From NCBI GenBank assembly GCA_963765205.1, contig CAVXVB010000005.1:416001-480000 (forward strand): a DNA stretch of 64,000 nucleotides, given 5' to 3'. Source of the stretch: an uncultured Verrucomicrobiae bacterium. Lineage in GTDB: Bacteria; Verrucomicrobiota; Verrucomicrobiia; Opitutales; JABDGR01. Below the pieces are notes generated by a model that was given only the letters and a program-made list of their open reading frames with translations, did not search any database and had not been told where the DNA came from. Positions 31,319 through 39,874 of the stretch are shown here, one piece after another. The number at the start of each line of letters is the position of its first letter. The first letter of the stretch is position 1. The position numbers were made by a program, and so were the translations under genes.

Positions 31319-33319
31319 TTAATGATGGGCGGCGGCAGGCGCGCGGCCGTAAGCGGGGGTAGGCTTGGGGGGCATGGATTCAAACGGGACGGCAAGGTGG
31401 TAGCCGCCGGGTCCTTCAATGGCCCACAGATAAATGAAAAATGTCGTCGTCACCAAGCCGCTGATCGCGAGATAGCCGCAATAGGGCACCCCCGCGCTCA
31501 TCAGCACGACGCCCATGCCCAAAATGAAGAAGCCGAAGCCCGCGCCCATCGGCATCCAGGACTGGCTGGGCATGTGGACGCCATGCGACACGTCGGCCTG
31601 ATCGTATTCGATGGGAATATCATGATGCTTGGCCATCCACCAAGCATCGCGGCAGGAGACGATGGGCAGGCGGACATAATTATAATCGGGCACCGGGCTG
31701 GGCAGCGACCATTCGAGCGTGCGGCCGCCCCATGGATCCGGACCGCAGCCGCGCTTTTTGCTGCGGACGGTGATGACGAGGTCGAGGAAGCAGAGGAAGA
31801 CGCCGATGCCCAAAATATAGGCACCCATGGTCGAGACAAAATTCCACAGGTTCCAACCCTTGTCCGGCAGGTAGGTGTAGGTGCGGCGTGTCATGCCGAT
31901 CAAGCCAAGGTAGTGCATCGGGAAAAACGCGACATTGAACCCGACGATGACGAGGCCCGCGACCCAGTAGCCAAGTTTCTGGTTAATCATCTTGCCGAAA
32001 ATTTTCGGCACCCAATAATAAATCCCGCTCAACAAGCCCAGCAGCACGCCGCCCAGCAGCACGTAGTGGAAGTGGGCGACAATGAAATAGCTGTCGTGCT
32101 GTTCGGCGTCCGCCGGCGCGGCGGCGTGCATGATGCCGGAAAAGCCGCCGAGCATGAACATCCACACAAAGCCCAGCGAGAAAATCATCGGCACCGTGAA
32201 TTTGATGCGCCCGCCCCACAGCGTGCCGATCCAGTTGAAAATCTTCACCCCCGTCGGCACCGCGATCGCCATCGTCAGCAGCGAGAACGCCGCCGTGGCG
32301 ACCTTGCCCAAGCCGGTCGCAAACATATGGTGACTCCAGACCGCGAAACCCAGCAGGCCGATCACCGCGCCGGAAAACACAATGATGGGATACCCAAACA
32401 ACGGCTTGCGCGAAAACGTCGGCAGCACTTCGGAGACAATACCCATCGCCGGCAGCACCAGAATGTAAACCTCGGGATGCCCGAAAATCCAGAAGAGATG
32501 CTGCCAGTAAATCGGCTGCCCACCACCCGCCACCCGGAAGAAATTCGTCCCAAAGGTGCGGTCAAAGAGCAATTCGGCCAGCGCGATGGTGATGGCGGGG
32601 AAGGCAAAGATGATGAGGAAGGACGTCACCAGCGTCATCCAGGTGAAGACGGGCAGGCGCATCATCGTCATCCCCGGCGCGCGCAGGTTGATGATGGTGG
32701 TGATGAAGTTGAACGCCGCCGCGAGGGAGGCGACGCCGAGGATTTGCAGGCTGAGAATCCACACATCCGTGCCGATGCCCGTGTAGGGCTTTTCCGTGAG
32801 CGTGGCATAGCCGAACCAGCCGCCCCCGGGCACAATGTCCGTGCGCCCGTCCACCGGGTTGAGGACGTGGATGATGTTGAGCAATTGCAGGAGCCAGGAG
32901 GCGTTCAGGAGGCAGGCCCCCGCGAAAAAAGTCCACAAGCTGAAGGCGTTCAACCGGGGGAAGGCCACGTCGCGCGCCCCGATTTGTAGCGGCACCACGA
33001 AATTGAAGAACGCCGCGGACAATGGCATCACGCCCAGGAAGATCATCGTCGTCCCGTGCATGGTGAAGAGTTGGTTATAAAGCTGCGCGGTGATGATGTG
33101 CTGCATCGGGCGCATCAATTGCGTGCGAATCATCAGCGCCTCGACCCCTCCGACGAGGAAGAAGAAGCACGCGGCCCCGCCATACATGACGCCGATCTTC
33201 TTGTGGTCTACGGTTGTAAACCAGTCCCACCAGCCCGTATGCCGATCCGGCCGCGGCAAGCCGACCCCGCTGCGGCCAGGGGGCAATTCGGTTTTGTGGT
33301 TAATGACGACAGTGGACAT
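31319..33319 (-). CDS. ctaD: Cytochrome c oxidase subunit I, A1 type
   Basis: TVDHKKIG, FTMHGT, GHPEVY, WSHHMF, VAHFHYV. Confidence 0.96.
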   Translation of the reverse strand: MSTVVINHKTELPPGRSGVGLPRPDRHTGWWDWFTTVDHKKIGVMYGGAACFFFLVGGVEALMIRTQLMRPMQHIITAQLYNQLFTMHGTTMIFLGVMPLSAAFFNFVVPLQIGARDVAFPRLNAFSLWTFFAGACLLNASWLLQLLNIIHVLNPVDGRTDIVPGGGWFGYATLTEKPYTGIGTDVWILSLQILGVASLAAAFNFITTIINLRAPGMTMMRLPVFTWMTLVTSFLIIFAFPAITIALAELLFDRTFGTNFFRVAGGGQPIYWQHLFWIFGHPEVYILVLPAMGIVSEVLPTFSRKPLFGYPIIVFSGAVIGLLGFAVWSHHMFATGLGKVATAAFSLLTMAIAVPTGVKIFNWIGTLWGGRIKFTVPMIFSLGFVWMFMLGGFSGIMHAAAPADAEQHDSYFIVAHFHYVLLGGVLLGLLSGIYYWVPKIFGKMINQKLGYWVAGLVIVGFNVAFFPMHYLGLIGMTRRTYTYLPDKGWNLWNFVSTMGAYILGIGVFLCFLDLVITVRSKKRGCGPDPWGGRTLEWSLPSPVPDYNYVRLPIVSCRDAWWMAKHHDIPIEYDQADVSHGVHMPSQSWMPMGAGFGFFILGMGVVLMSAGVPYCGYLAISGLVTTTFFIYLWAIEGPGGYHLAVPFESMPPKPTPAYGRAPAAAHH

Positions 33320-33412
33320 GGAAAAAGAGGAAATTAACGGGCCAGACAGGGTGGAGGATAAGGCGAATTTGCCCAATGTGCAAGTGGAGAGGAAGATTTG
33401 TGCGGACTGGTT

Positions 33413-34807
33413 TTACTTCAAAGTCATCAGGAACGCGGCCAGGTCATGAAAGTCCTGGTCGGTGATCGGGGTTTTATTGTTAATATTCTTTTGGATTATA
33501 TCGCGCAGGCCGCCTGCCGCCGTGCCCTGATGCGGATACCACATGAGGTTGCCGGGCTTGTAGTCGTAGGGATGCGAAATCCAGTTGTAGAAATTGTCCC
33601 GCTGCCGAACGGGGTCAATTGCCTTGCCGTCGTTGTCCAGGTTGTCCAGGAAGCCCGCGGCGATCGAAGTGCGCGAAGCCACATGGGTGAGGTTCGGCCC
33701 CCCGGTGGCGGTTGCGGGGGAGCCATCAATCGTGTGGCATTGGATGCAGCCGGCCCGGCCGATGAATAGCGCCGCTCCGCGCTGCTCGGGGGTCGCCAGC
33801 ATCGTCTGGTCCGGCGGCACACCGTCATCCGGGTCGGGGTTGACGGCCGAGAAAAATTTAGCCCAATTTCCACCGGCGGCCGGCGCGGGCACCTTCTTTT
33901 TAGTTTGTTCCACCCACGCAGCAAAATCCGTTTCGCTGACGACCCGCGCGCGGAAGAGCATGAAGGCGTGGGACTCGCCGCAGTATTGCGCGCACTGGCC
34001 ATAGTAGAGTCCATTCTCATACTGGTCGGCGCCGATGGGGCCGTGGTCGTAGCCATCGGTGGCGGCCAGGCCGTCGTCCGGCATCATCCACATATAGTTG
34101 GCCCGGCCGGGAATCAGGTCCACCTTGCCGGCGATTTTCGGCAGCCAGAAGGAGTGGATGACGTTGTCCGAGCGGAGTTGGAAAACCACCACTTTGCCCG
34201 CAGGCATGACAAATTCATTTGCCGTCGTGATGCCGAACTGCGGGTATTCAAAGCTCCACCACCACTGCTTGCCCTGAACGATGATTTCAAGCGGTTTGTC
34301 ATCCTGGGTTTCCGGCACGGTGCCAACCTTGGCATACCACTGGCCCAGTTCCGAGGTTTTCCAATAGGGTTGGTTGGTCGGCAGCGCATCAGTCAGGAAA
34401 ATGGCTTTGAGCGTCGGCACGGCGATAATGACGAGCAAAGCGATGGAGGCCGTAATCAGCGATATCTCAATCATCGGGTTGCCATGGCCCTGCGACGGCA
34501 TGGGCTTGTGCTCGTCACCCGGACGCTCGCGGAATCGCCACACCACCCAGGCCATTGTCCCGCCCACCGTCACGAAAATAAACGCGGATACCGCAACGGT
34601 GATCCAAAATAGCGACAATTGCTCGCGCGAAACCAAGCCGTGGGGGTCGAGTGTGGACTGCGGCTCCTTCATGCTGCACCCAGCCAGGAACCCCCCGAAC
34701 GCCAGCATTGCCACCCACCGCGCTAAATTAGCGAGGCAGGCCCTCCCCCCCGGCGTGGCCTGCCGTAGGTCGTGGATTAATGGGTTATGAAGCGTCTTCC
34801 TCCGCAT
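33413..34807 (-). CDS. ctaC: Cytochrome c oxidase subunit II with fused cytochrome c (caa3), lipoprotein
   Basis: Lipobox LAGC, two TMs, QWWWSFEY, VIHSFW, CuA motif CAQYCGESHAFM, heme motif CIQCH, GPNLTH, KPGNLM. Confidence 0.94.
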   Translation of the reverse strand: MRRKTLHNPLIHDLRQATPGGRACLANLARWVAMLAFGGFLAGCSMKEPQSTLDPHGLVSREQLSLFWITVAVSAFIFVTVGGTMAWVVWRFRERPGDEHKPMPSQGHGNPMIEISLITASIALLVIIAVPTLKAIFLTDALPTNQPYWKTSELGQWYAKVGTVPETQDDKPLEIIVQGKQWWWSFEYPQFGITTANEFVMPAGKVVVFQLRSDNVIHSFWLPKIAGKVDLIPGRANYMWMMPDDGLAATDGYDHGPIGADQYENGLYYGQCAQYCGESHAFMLFRARVVSETDFAAWVEQTKKKVPAPAAGGNWAKFFSAVNPDPDDGVPPDQTMLATPEQRGAALFIGRAGCIQCHTIDGSPATATGGPNLTHVASRTSIAAGFLDNLDNDGKAIDPVRQRDNFYNWISHPYDYKPGNLMWYPHQGTAAGGLRDIIQKNINNKTPITDQDFHDLAAFLMTLK

Positions 34808-35010
34808 GTGAGCAATTCAAAGGTAAACACTGCGCCAAGGCAGCGACCAGCACAAGGAATTTTTATAAAAATCGCCGCCTTCCCACTCAAGCGGGAAGCG
34901 GTTTTCCCGTGCCGCTAACAGCAATGCTAATCCGCCCGCTTACCTCCACTTAAACTATTCCCTGCTGGCATCAGCGGACGCCGATATCGGGGCCGGTGCA
35001 CGCCCCGACC

Positions 35011-35080
35011 TAGGGATTTTGCTTACTAAGATCGCGGCTCAGCCCCAATTGTTGAATTTTATAGGCTTGGTATAGTGGCC
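35011..35080 (+). promoter_or_regulatory. Putative cyc2 promoter: 15-bp box, CCCAATTGTTGA (-35 region), extended -10 TGGTATAGT
   Basis: TAGGGATTTTGCTTA(35011-25)-N18-CCCAATTGTTGA(35044-55)-N12-TGGTATAGTGGCC; same layout at 36817-36887. Confidence 0.65.
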
Positions 35081-35221
35081 AGGTTGTCTGAACGTTCAGC
35101 CAATTCATCCAACCAGCATCACGCCATGAAATACCGCTCATTCCTCCTCCGCCGCCAGGCCCGCCTGGTGCTGGCTTCTGCTTCAGGCAGTCGATCCCCC
35201 CAACAATCAACCGCCCAGCCC

Positions 35222-36610
35222 ATGAAGCGTCATTTCGCTTGGATTGCAACCTTGTGCTTGACCAGTCTTTTCCTTGCTCCGCTTACTTGCCAGGCGGTGC
35301 CCAGTTTTGCGCGACAAACGGGGCTGCAGTGCATTGCCTGCCATACGGAATTTCCCGAACTCAACAGCACCGGCCGGCTCTTCAAGCTGAGTGGCTTTAC
35401 CCTGGCCCCCGTGCCGAGTGATCTTCCTCCATTTGCAATCATGCTCCAGCCTTCGTTTACGCTGACCCGGCAGGACCAGCCTTCGGGCACCGTGACCCCT
35501 GGATTCAAGCCCAACAGTAATTTTGCCCTCACCCAGGCGAGTCTTTTTTATGCCGGCCGGCTGTTTGGCCCCTATGCCTCCGATCTTTTTGGAAAAGACG
35601 GGGCCGCCATCGCGAATAAATTCGGTATTTTCAGCCAAACCACCTACGACGGGGTCGCGGACCGGTTGCATTGGGACAACACGGAATTGCGCTACGCCGA
35701 CAACCACGACTTGGGCGACACTCCGATGATCTACGGCGCCTACCTGAACAACAACCCGACGCTGCAGGACCCGTGGAACACCACGCCCGCTTGGAGTTTT
35801 CCCTTCAGCCAAACCGGTCTGCCCCGCAATAATGCGAACACGGGGGAGGCCAATGTGCCACCGTCGCCTCTGATTGACGGGCCACTCGCCCAAACGGTAG
35901 CCGGTGCAGGAGCCTATGTGTTTCTGGACAACTCCTATTATTTCGACGTGGCCGCCTACCATATGGTCAGCGCGGAACTCCAAAACAGCCTGGGGATTGA
36001 TCCCGACAATGAAACCCAGATCGCCGGCTTCGCGCCCTACTGGCGGCTCGCGTATACCAAGGCCGTGGACAATAATTCCTTTGAGATCGGCACCTTCGGC
36101 CTCGCGGCCGACACTTACCCGGGTCGCAACCAAAGCGCCGGAACGGATGGGACTTTTGATGTCGGCTTTGACGGGCAGGCGCAGTTCGCATTTGGCCACC
36201 ATGACCTCACCGCGATGCTGTCCTGGATTCACGAGCGGGATAACTGGGCCGCCAGCAGTAATCCGCTCGTGGGCGCCGCCACCAACAGTTACGACAGCCT
36301 GCAAAAATTCAAGGCCACGGTGGACTATTTGTATGACAAGACTTACGGCGCCGCCGTGCAGTTTTTCGATGTGGATGGCAGCGATGATCCGGCGCTTTAT
36401 GCCAACAGCGCAACGGGTTCACCAGGCAGCGACGGTGAGGTTTTGCAACTTAACTGGCTGCCTTTCAATAAAGGCACCGGGCCATCGTTTTGGCCCCGCA
36501 GCAACGTTAAATTCTCGCTCTCTTATACAATCTACAACCGTATCAATGGGGCCAGCCACGGCGCGGCGCAAAACAACACCCTCTACCTCGAGGCGTGGAT
36601 CGCGTTTTAA
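35222..36610 (+). CDS. cyc2: Cyc2-type outer-membrane monoheme cytochrome c-porin fusion (putative Fe(II) oxidase)
   Basis: Signal peptide, then VPSFARQTGLQCIACHTEFPELNSTGRLFKLSGF (Cyc2 PxFARQT-CxxCH-P.L..GR.FK signature). Barrel motifs SLFYAG, NNNPTLQDPWNTTP, APYWRLAY, EIGTFG and C-terminal NTLYLEAWIAF recall Acidithiobacillus Cyc2. Confidence 0.87.
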   Translation: MKRHFAWIATLCLTSLFLAPLTCQAVPSFARQTGLQCIACHTEFPELNSTGRLFKLSGFTLAPVPSDLPPFAIMLQPSFTLTRQDQPSGTVTPGFKPNSNFALTQASLFYAGRLFGPYASDLFGKDGAAIANKFGIFSQTTYDGVADRLHWDNTELRYADNHDLGDTPMIYGAYLNNNPTLQDPWNTTPAWSFPFSQTGLPRNNANTGEANVPPSPLIDGPLAQTVAGAGAYVFLDNSYYFDVAAYHMVSAELQNSLGIDPDNETQIAGFAPYWRLAYTKAVDNNSFEIGTFGLAADTYPGRNQSAGTDGTFDVGFDGQAQFAFGHHDLTAMLSWIHERDNWAASSNPLVGAATNSYDSLQKFKATVDYLYDKTYGAAVQFFDVDGSDDPALYANSATGSPGSDGEVLQLNWLPFNKGTGPSFWPRSNVKFSLSYTIYNRINGASHGAAQNNTLYLEAWIAF

Positions 36611-36816
36611 CCGCCCCCGCTTCCATTCGACCATCCCTAATTCCCGGGATCGCTCGTATGCGGGGCGGGCGGGCGCGTCGGCGGGGTGCTCACCCCATTG
36701 CGGGAGAACCGCAATTATCCTAGAATCGGCTGCAGCGTGACTACGGGCCAATCCACGCGGCAGATTATCTATTCCAGCTTCATCAATACCGAATGGTGGG
36801 TCTGCGCGATGAGGCC

Positions 36817-36887
36817 TAAAGATTTTTCTTAGTGAACTAGAGGGGCGCTCCCAATTGTTGACCCGGCGGGATTATGGTAAAATGGCC
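36817..36887 (+). promoter_or_regulatory. Putative blue-copper gene promoter with the same layout as the cyc2 promoter
   Basis: TAAAGATTTTTCTTA(36817-31)-N18-CCCAATTGTTGA(36850-61)-N13-TGGTAAAATGGCC; TTGTTG to TAAAAT spacer is 17 nt. Confidence 0.65.
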
Positions 36888-36902
36888 CTTAAACTTTCTC
36901 CC

Positions 36903-37430
36903 ATGAAAACAAAATCCAACCTAATCGCCCTTGTATTCATCTTGGCGCTCGGCCGGCTCCCGGCCCAAACCGCCCCGGCTACTCCCGCTGCTTCTGCAGG
37001 ATCCGCCGCTCCGGCGGCTTCGGCTGCCCCGGCGACTCCCGCAGTGGCCCCGCTCGTGGTGGACATTGTTGTCAATGATATGATGACCTTCAGTGTCACC
37101 AAAATCCAGGCCCATCCCGGCCAGACGGTTACCATTAAACTTAAGAACACGGGCACCCAGCCCAAGGCGACAATGGCCCATAACTGGATACTGCTCAAAG
37201 CAGGCACGGACTTGAACGCTTATGCGGCGACGGCGGCCACCGACAAGGCCAAGGACTTCCAGCCCAAAGCGCTCGCCGACCAGGTCTTGGCCTCCATTCC
37301 GATGATTGGGGCCGGTGAATCCGGGAGCGTAACCTTCACCTGCCCGACGACACCGGGCACCTACAAATACCTCTGCTCCTGCTACGGCCACTCCATGACC
37401 GGCATGAAGGGCAGCCTCGTCGTCAAGTAA
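36903..37430 (+). CDS. Periplasmic type-1 blue copper protein (azurin/auracyanin/rusticyanin-like cupredoxin)
   Basis: Signal peptide, Pro/Ala linker, MAHNWIL (His ligand), YLCSCYGHSMTGMKG (Cys/His/Met ligands). Confidence 0.88.
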   Translation: MKTKSNLIALVFILALGRLPAQTAPATPAASAGSAAPAASAAPATPAVAPLVVDIVVNDMMTFSVTKIQAHPGQTVTIKLKNTGTQPKATMAHNWILLKAGTDLNAYAATAATDKAKDFQPKALADQVLASIPMIGAGESGSVTFTCPTTPGTYKYLCSCYGHSMTGMKGSLVVK

Positions 37431-37491
37431 GACCCTCGGTCCTCGGTTGAAACCGAGAAAGCCGCATAAGACTGGAAGGCTTTTCCCCGCC

Positions 37492-37698
37492 TTAGACCGT
37501 TGTTCCCGCATCGTCGGGTGCCGTTACCACAGGGATGGGAGCATCGGCAGGCGGGGTTGGTGCGTCCGGAGTGGCCTCGCGCATCGGCGGCGGGTCGTTC
37601 TTCAGCAAAAACAACAATGGGGAAATGGGCACGCCGAGCGCGCAGCCTCCGGCGAAGAGGCCTAAAACCAGCAGTAGAAGGGAGAGGGATTTTTTCAC
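37492..37698 (-). CDS. Small putative lipoprotein (68 aa)
   Basis: GTG start, VKKSLSLLLLVLGLFAGG-C lipobox-like signal, Pro/Asp/Thr-rich tail. Confidence 0.5.
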   Translation of the reverse strand: MKKSLSLLLLVLGLFAGGCALGVPISPLLFLLKNDPPPMREATPDAPTPPADAPIPVVTAPDDAGTTV

Positions 37699-37802
37699 AA
37701 CACGAGTTCCCGCCGGGGATGGGGTGGGGCAGACGTGCCCGGCGACCCACCTCAATAACCGAACCTGGGGTGTGTGGCAACAGGTTTCGGAGGGGGGCTG
37801 GG

Positions 37803-37975
37803 AGAAGGATGAGGGATGAAGCAAATTCAGAATGCGGAGTTCGGAGTGCTGAATTCCCCAATACAACTGACGAAAGTGATTCTCAAAGGTAAAATTTTTA
37901 CCAAACCGCATTCAGCATTCCGCACACCGCATTTTCTTCTTTCATCCTTCCTCCCTCCTCCCTCATCCTTCCTCC
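37803..37975. repeat. Heptamer-period repeat block (GGATGAA / TTCATCC and TTCAGCA families)
   Basis: gaaggatgagggatgaagcaaattcagaatgcggagttcggagtgctgaatt ... ccgcattcagcattccgcac ... tttcatccttc...ctcatccttc. Confidence 0.7.
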
Positions 37976-38794
37976 ATGGCCCTCTACCGCCCATTCGTGC
38001 GCCGCTTCGAGCAGGCTTTGGCCGTCACCCTGCCTGCGCCGGATCCTCGCGATTTTCCCCTGCCGCCGTCCCCCGCCGCCCATGCCCCGGTCGCCTTGCT
38101 CATTTCCCCGCATCCCGACGACGAAGTTATCACCGGCGCGCTGCCCCTGCGTTTGCAGCGCGAAGCCGGCGCGCGGGTCGTCAACGTCGCGGTGACGATT
38201 GGTTCCGACCCGGCCCGCCGTGAACCGCGCCGCCGCGAACTGGAAAAGGCCTGCGCGCTGCTGGGCTGGGAACTCGAAGTTCTTGGCTGGACGAGCGTGC
38301 GGCCCGACGCCGCGCAACGCGCCCCCCAAATGTTTCAAAAACGCACGCAGTCCCTCGCCAAAATCATCCGCCGCCGGCAGCCGCGCTGGATATTTTATCC
38401 CCATCCGCTCGACGCCCACCCGACGCACCAAGGCGTGAGCCAGCTCGCAACTGCCGCGCTGAAAGAATGCGGCGACGCCGTGCCGCCCTGGCGCATTGAA
38501 ACCGAGTATTGGCAGCCAAACCTGAAGCCGAACCTGCTCGTCGAATGTCCGCCGGCATCGCTGGCCCTCCTAGTCGCCGCGCTCTGCTGCCATCAAGGCG
38601 AAATCGCGCGCAACCCCTATCACCTGACGCTTCCGGCTTGGATGGTCGACAACGTCCGCCGTGGCGCGGAACTCGTCACCCGCCCCGGCCAACCCGCCCC
38701 GGATTTCAAATTCGGCACCCTCTACTGCGTCGAGCCGGGATTGCTGCCGGGGTGGCAGGGCATCCAATCAGCGTCATCGAAGTTGACTGCATAG
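37976..38794 (+). CDS. PIG-L/LmbE family deacetylase
   Basis: SPHPDDE, RRRE, DAHPTH, HQGE motifs. Confidence 0.85.
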   Translation: MALYRPFVRRFEQALAVTLPAPDPRDFPLPPSPAAHAPVALLISPHPDDEVITGALPLRLQREAGARVVNVAVTIGSDPARREPRRRELEKACALLGWELEVLGWTSVRPDAAQRAPQMFQKRTQSLAKIIRRRQPRWIFYPHPLDAHPTHQGVSQLATAALKECGDAVPPWRIETEYWQPNLKPNLLVECPPASLALLVAALCCHQGEIARNPYHLTLPAWMVDNVRRGAELVTRPGQPAPDFKFGTLYCVEPGLLPGWQGIQSASSKLTA

Positions 38795-38828
38795 GCAACC
38801 GCGTGCGCTATTCTCCCGCCTGAAAAGG

Positions 38829-38908
<80 letters not shown>

Positions 38909-39061
38909 TAATCAGTTTCGGCATGTCACCATGCCTGCACGTCATAAACCAAACAATCACGATGCCCGACGTACGCGCGCCTGTCAACTCCGCAACATTT
39001 GCTCGTCCACCGAACTTCTAGCTTCCCGCCTGCGCCAAGTTCCGCCATCCTTGGCCGCTTC

Positions 39062-39712
39062 ATGGCTCTGCTCCATCAATTTATTGACCTCTTCCTGCAT
39101 CTCGACACGCATCTTGACCAGGCGGTGTCTGACTATGGCGCGTGGGTTTACCTGCTCCTGGCGCTGATTGTCTTTTGTGAGACGGGCCTTGTTTTCACGC
39201 CGATTCTGCCGGGCGATTCGCTGCTGTTTGCCGCGGGGGCGATTGCGGAGCGCGGCCAGGTGCTCCACCCGGCCCTCATTATCGCCATCCTGATTCCGGC
39301 GGCGCTGCTGGGCGACAACGTCAATTATTTCGTGGGCCGCACCGCCGGGCCGCGCATATTCCGGCGGCCCAAATCCTGGTTCTTCAACCCCGAGCACCTG
39401 CGCCGCACCCAGGAATTCTACGAACGCCACGGCGGCCAGACGATCATTCTCGCCCGCTTCACGCCCATCATTCGCACCTGCGCGCCGTTCGTGGCCGGGA
39501 TGGGGCGCATGAATTACCGGCGTTTTCTCGCTTTTTGCGTGGTGGGGGCGGGTTTGTGGGTTCCTGCTTGCGTTTTGGCGGGCAAGTATTTCGGCGAGCA
39601 GGAATTTGTGAAGAAGCATTTCACGCTGGTCCTGCTGGCGATAGTGGCCATCTCCTTGCTGCCTGCTGCGATTGGTGTCCTGCGGGCGCACCGGGGAGCA
39701 AGGAAAGGATGA
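39062..39712 (+). CDS. dedA: DedA family membrane protein
   Basis: VFCETGL..PILPGDSLLFAAG, GDNVNYFVGR, ARFTPIIRT.APFVAG. Confidence 0.92.
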   Translation: MALLHQFIDLFLHLDTHLDQAVSDYGAWVYLLLALIVFCETGLVFTPILPGDSLLFAAGAIAERGQVLHPALIIAILIPAALLGDNVNYFVGRTAGPRIFRRPKSWFFNPEHLRRTQEFYERHGGQTIILARFTPIIRTCAPFVAGMGRMNYRRFLAFCVVGAGLWVPACVLAGKYFGEQEFVKKHFTLVLLAIVAISLLPAAIGVLRAHRGARKG

Positions 39713-39874
39713 AGGATGAGGGATGAAGGATGAAAGAGGAAACTGCGGAATGGTTGGATCAGCATGGAGACGCAGCGGCCCATTTTGCGCTATAAAATTC
39801 AGCATTCAGAACTCAGCATTCAGAATTTGCTTCATCCTTCATCCCTCATCCTTCATCCTTCATCCTTCCTTCCC
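39704..39874. repeat. Heptamer-period repeat block (GGATGAA xn ... TTCAGCA xn ... TTCATCC xn)
   Basis: aaggatgaaggatgagggatgaaggatgaa ... aattcagcattcagaactcagcattcagaattt gcttcatccttcatccctcatccttcatccttcatcc. Confidence 0.8.

Noticed and set aside
29995..32989. Long plus-strand ORFs (455 and 573 aa) opposite the oxidase genes
   Set aside because: Antisense shadows of high-GC coding sequence with no motifs; the same applies to most overlapping ORFs in the track.
34808..35221. FNR or Fur boxes at the cox/cyc2 promoters
   Set aside because: No convincing TTGAT-N4-ATCAA or GATAATGATAATCATTATC match.
37711..37751. HDV-like ribozyme
   Set aside because: The stem order is similar, but the P4 stem, the 7-nt L3 loop and the catalytic C junction are missing.
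39764..39874. N-terminal extension of MutS (ILHPSSF repeats)
   Set aside because: This is the translated heptamer repeat; the ATG at 39875 is the more plausible start.
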